Positions 59,031 to 64,000 of a DNA stretch of 64,000 nucleotides are shown in pieces (within the stretch, counting starts at the first letter, position 1; the number at the start of each line of letters is the position of its first letter). The notes under the pieces were generated by a model. It did no database searches. It worked only from the letters and a program-made list of their open reading frames with translations, and was not told the origin of the DNA. This DNA comes from Guillardia theta CCMP2712 (Eukaryota > Protista > Cryptophyta), in assembly GCF_000315625.1 (NCBI RefSeq), contig NW_005434627.1, positions 17,379-81,378 on the forward strand, read 5' to 3'. A program made the position numbers and the translations under genes.

Positions 59031-60849
59031 GTTGGCCGTCAACTTTTCTTGATGTGTGGGTAAATTTCAGCAATGATAAATATGAATTTCTTTCCTTACG
59101 AGGATGTCAACAGGTTATTCAATATTACCAGATTGACAGTCTGGCAATGTCTCTGTGTGTTACTGAACTCCGTGTCGTGAATTACTCAAAGTGAATATTC
59201 AGTAAGCGATTCTTCAGGAACAAAGTCGAATAAACAATGGGGATGTGATTCAAGTTCAATGTCAATGTTGAAGATTTAGATGGCAACACAAGGCAGGATC
59301 CTCAGAAAGGTGGAAAAGTGGCAGAGCAGCGAAGAAGAGCGACGAAGGGAGTTGTGGGGAGGGAAAGAGCAGGAGGATGGGAAGTGCAGGGCACGAGGAA
59401 TGTGAGGTCCGAGTGGGGGGCTGGGTCACTACTAAAAGACGTTTTAGTCATGAAAATGTGTTTTAAATACCTGTTCTACTATTGTTTTTGTCTCGGGCGA
59501 TTGGGATCCCAAATTCAACAGGTAATGTTTGAAATATTTGAAAACAAATTGTGAAGAGTTTGCTAAGAGCTTGAAAATCTCTCGCCAAATACGTTTGGAA
59601 GCACCTCTACGTTGAAATTTTGAACGTACATCAAAAACCCTTTTTTAACACCACGATATATATAGTTGTAAGGACTCATACAAACATATACATTATTATA
59701 TTATTTTAAATTGCACCCCAGTGGTGACGAAAGAACAGCATTTCGAAACAATTTGGGGTTGGGTAGGGTCCTGAAGTCCAAGCACTGGTTTGCGGGGCAC
59801 AAGAGGTATGATTCTATATGTGCTTCAAGGGATATTCTGACGATCAACTTCTTGGCGTCCAGTGTTCGGCTTTGCTTCTTCTCCTTGTGCTGTGATGGGG
59901 GTAGTCCCTCAGTAGGTGGTAGGGGTAACAATTGTTTTTGAATACACAGCAGGGGTGCTTGACCACGGGTACATTTGTCATGTAAAATGCTGTCTAAGGT
60001 GGGGTAGTCAGTCTATAGAAAAATGGCGTGCCTTGTACCTGAAGAAAATTCGATCAGGAGGACCCTACCCTACAGTTCAACCGCATGAAAAGGGGTGTTG
60101 AAAGCGCTGTCAGGTCTGTCGTACATCTGTATTTTGTGAGGGTAGGGTGACAATTGGACCGGTTGAAATCTCTGATAAAATGCCACAACAACAGAGAATA
60201 AGTATGGTGGGTACTAAGCTCATGGGGTACTCTGAATTTTTGGGGTGGGGCAGCATTAAATAATTACTGGGGTCGGATTCGCGTAATAGAAATCTCAAAT
60301 TTAAAAATAATCTAAAACGAAAAAATTGAACGTGACTTGACCGTCACGAGGAAGGGGGGTGGGAATCACAAGATCCCTCAAAACTCTGTAGGGCTCGAAC
60401 GGGAGCCTGTTGAATATAGAGCTCTTAAGGAAGAAATGCAGAAGGGGTAGGGCCGCAGAGGGCAGCCTCGGCGGGCACTGGGGCCGGAGCAGTGTAGCAA
60501 GCAAGAGGATGATGGGATATGAGAAATTTCCTAATACTCCAAATAGATAACAGGTCGGCTACGGAAGGGAAGGAAGAAACCCTGAGTGGCAAAGCCAAGG
60601 GTGTTCCGGGAAACGATGAGTTTCAACAACGTTTGCAATTTTAAAAAGGTGTAGACTTGTGAGGGAAACGGTGTAGTTTCATTAGTATTATATACGTAAA
60701 TGGTCATTTTAAAGTTAAATTATATATAACTTTCGTCAGATCGGGGATTGGCTCTTTGTGTGTATTGATCTCAATTTTCAAATTTAATCAGATAATTAGA
60801 AACTTCAATTTCATAGCGTCAAATTGCCCCAAGCAGCCTCATTATGTTG

Positions 60850-61450
60850 GGTCCCCTCCGGGCACCGCCCGGCCGGGCGGCCGAGCCCGGCCGAGGGCCG
60901 GCGGCCTGGCCGCTGTGGCGGGGCCCGGCGGCCGCAGCCTGTCGCGGCGGCCCGGCCGGGCGGGGAAAGTGCGGTCGGGCCCAGCGGCAGCCCGGACGGT
61001 GGCCGTGACTCGCCTCAGTCGGACGGCGGCGTCACTGAGTCACGGATGGCAGTTTGACACCGTGAGTCACTGCGGCAGCCGCGGGCCAAACCGCGGCCCA
61101 CGGCACCGTCCGATCCGACGGTCGGACGCCGGCGACACAGGCTGCCGGGCCTCGGACCCGGTCAAAGTTCAATCTTAGGGCCTCAAACTTTCAGTTAAGT
61201 TAAAGATCAGTACGAGGACAATCAGGAGAGTCGAGGAGGCTTGACCCTTTTGAAGCCGCTCCGGGCCGACCGTCGTACGGTAGACTCTCAGAGCCGCGGG
61301 CCGGGCTGGGCCCGGGCCGCCGCCGGGCACTGGCAAGGATCGGATCCGGGCCCGCCGCGGCCGGGGCGGCCCGATGAAACTTTGAACTTGACTGTCCAAC
61401 TCAGTGGGGTCCCTTTGGAAGAGTGCAAGGCCGTCGGTCACTGCCCAAGT
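60850..61450. repeat. GC-rich intergenic island with the longest copy of the dispersed repeat (about 61182-61247)
   Basis: GTTAAGTTAAAGATCAGTACGAGGACAATCAGGAGAGTCGAGGAGGCTTGACCC. Confidence 0.7.
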
Positions 61451-63476
61451 AAAGGGGCATACGGCAGTGTGGCGGGTTGCATCTGAAAGATGGCGTTGAT
61501 TTCCAGAAAATTCCCTTTGTCGAATACTGATTCCATTTTGAAATAAATGAGCCCAAATTGCGCTGAAAGCCTCGAAAGTTACTTGAATAACTCTGATTTG
61601 TATTCGGAACCCTCAAAATGAAGCAAATCATGTTTGTAAATCATACTTGAAAACAAGTTCTTTCGCTTATTTGCTTCGCTGGCAGTACTGGTACCCCAAC
61701 TGTACCCGAGTTACATCTTCAAATATCTTACTAAATTAGTTCTTTCAACTTCAAAGTTTCTTGGAATATTTGATACATTTTTATGAATTTGGGAACCCCA
61801 TCGCCAACTTCAATTGCGCCTTGCCAAGCTCGTGCAGCCCTCAACTACAAATCTTGGACTTCGCACGAGCTCCCTACCCCTACCCCTCCAGCGACGATGT
61901 ACCCCCCATTGACCTCCCTTTCCCCCCCACCCTCCGGTCCAAGAAACTCAATTGAATCTCTATCATCGTGGACCCCTCCTTCCCCCTTCTCAGTTTCACC
62001 TACCCAGTGACACCCCCTACCTACTTTGGTAGCCGAGGTCCCATTCTTGAATGTCTGACCTGCTACCCCCACGCACCCAAATCCATCTGGACTCATCTGT
62101 ACCCCCATCAATACACTCAAAGTACCCCGTTCATTACCATCTTTTCTGACACTGCCACCCTTCCCACTTGATCAAGACATCTCGAGCTTGTTTTTTGAAT
62201 TTTGACCACCCGTGCTGTTATGTCTACTCATGCCTCATGAGGGTGGGTAGGGTGGGTGGATGTGGGCCAGGGGGTGAGGTCCTTTTATAACAACGTCGAC
62301 ACATAACAAAGAGAACGCGTTGGACCCCTTCGACAAAATCTCCACCCACCCTATAAAATACGATGAATATGCATTATAAAGTACCCGTACTGGGCCTCGA
62401 ATCCCGTTTCGGGACCACCCGTACCCACGATTCTTTATCGTTTTCCATTAGCTCTTTTCTTTTTGCACTACCCTACCCTTTCATTGGTACCTGCTAAAAC
62501 CACCCTACCCCTCATTTTTCCGCTACGCCTCAACTACCACCTATGAAACTACCATAACCCCTCATTCTAGACTGCAGTACCCTCTATTGGACTGATTCTT
62601 GTTTACCCCACCCCTCAAAGTCCCAAGAATTCATGAGACTGACCACCCGGTCACTTGGACCACCCCTAGTACCCACCACCATACTACCCCACCCTGTCAT
62701 CATGAGAGGATCCCATGCATCCCCTCCCGATTCATGTGATTGGACCCCCACCGTATGCACTCGAAACATCACCCCCTCTCCACTACCCTACCCTCAAAAC
62801 AAATTGATGCCTCTTTAAATTTCGATAGAGTTGCGTGATTCCATAGGTTTTCCCTTATCTAAAAGAGTCATAGTGGCCGCTTCATTTGCATTCTAGTACC
62901 ACCCACCTGCTGTTTGCTTCACCCTACCCTGTCTGAAATACGAACGGAGATACAGAGGGGGGTCATCTCCCACGCGCCAAACCCGTGCATGGAGCGCGCA
63001 GGCGCTAGAAATGAAGATGGAGGGGCAGGGGAGAGATATGGCTCATTCAGTGATCAAGCGACAAGTCCCTATGTGTCTGAATACCTTCTGAATACCATGG
63101 GGACGAGAAGACTCGATGAAAGCTCCCGGTGCCTGTCTTCAAGCCATGCTTAACTCAGGATCATATTTTGTAGTTGATGTTTTTGGGATGCTGAAGTTGG
63201 AATCAAGGGTTGATTATTTGGTAGAACACCAGCAGAACAGATTTTGAATGCATTGATCTAGTCCATTACTGTCGATTCATGAGATTTTCCGTCCTTCTTT
63301 GCCTCAGAAGAGGCTCTTTAGTGCGGTTCGTCACGTATTTGTACCAAGCTGAGGATAGGGTTGTCAGGAATAGCTATGCTGACACGAGTAGACATGACGC
63401 TGATCGCAACGAAGTAACAAGCGCACATGATACCGCCATTGCCTTGGGGGCGTTCTCTCTTACACTGTTTGAGCAG

Positions 63477-64000
63477 ATGCCAAGGAGGCCCACAAGTGAC
63501 GAGGCCATGCGGGCAGCAAGGTTCTTCCTAGAGGGTTTCATCGAGAGGACCGACAGCCAGGATCACATTCTCCCCAAGAATGACACCTTCTCCCCCTTCT
63601 CTGGGTTTTGCAGAGTTTTTCCCCAGGTGAGATTCGTTGATGTCATAAGTGCTGTGCTCCCAGGCTGACCTGTCGGGCAGTTCTCGAAGAAGAAAGACGG
63701 AGGCTCTGCCACTGACGGGGTTTCAAGGGCAGCTTTCAACAAGATTTGTCTCGAGTACTTCGAGGAAGGGATGAGAAAGCCGGCGAGGAACGGCAACCCT
63801 GGTGCTCTCGAGGCAAACCTTGCGCAGCAGAGAAGGCACTTCCTGAGGGGGCGCTGGAGGGATCCCAGCATTGCAAGGGACTTGGCTGAGCTGAAAAAGT
63901 TGTGGTCGAGCATGACCCCAGAGCAAACGAATGCCTCCATCGCTCTTCTGGAAGACTTCTCCAGGCACTGACTCGTGATCTAGCGCTGGTCGGTGAGCTG
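63477..64000 (+). CDS. Hypothetical protein, 5' part (runs off the window)
   Basis: MPRRPTSDEAMRAARFFLEGFIER..RVFPQ, GT-AG intron 63627-63680, then FSKKKDGG..LLEDFSR in frame. Confidence 0.6.

Overview
Eukaryotic nuclear DNA with many short (about 43-65 nt) GT-AG introns, several RWP-RK transcription factors, and plastid-targeted proteins with signal-peptide+Phe leaders. This is most consistent with a cryptophyte alga such as Guillardia theta (inference, not verified). Splicing by hand gives about 19 protein genes and one tRNA-Gly(TCC). Recognisable genes include proteasome beta-2, histone H3, a p47/Shp1-like UBX protein, an SLC35/TPT-family transporter, a Kelch protein, an LHC-like protein, a Myb protein, a PHD/Tudor protein and four RWP-RK genes. 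Two genes stand out. (1) 7452-12904(-) encodes an about 1,780-aa protein made of seven tandem repeats, each resembling a fused H2B-H2A histone-fold doublet, with NLS motifs in the linkers. (2) 294-3482(+) encodes a 996-aa single-pass receptor whose extracellular Venus-flytrap (ANF-receptor) domain is coupled to a cytoplasmic RelA/SpoT-like (alarmone synthetase-type) domain. The window also holds a 63-aa spliced microprotein missed by the ORF track, an inverted RWP-RK duplication, and about 12 GC-rich intergenic islands, several carrying a shared repeat of about 64 nt. All domain calls come from motif recognition by eye; no database searches were run.
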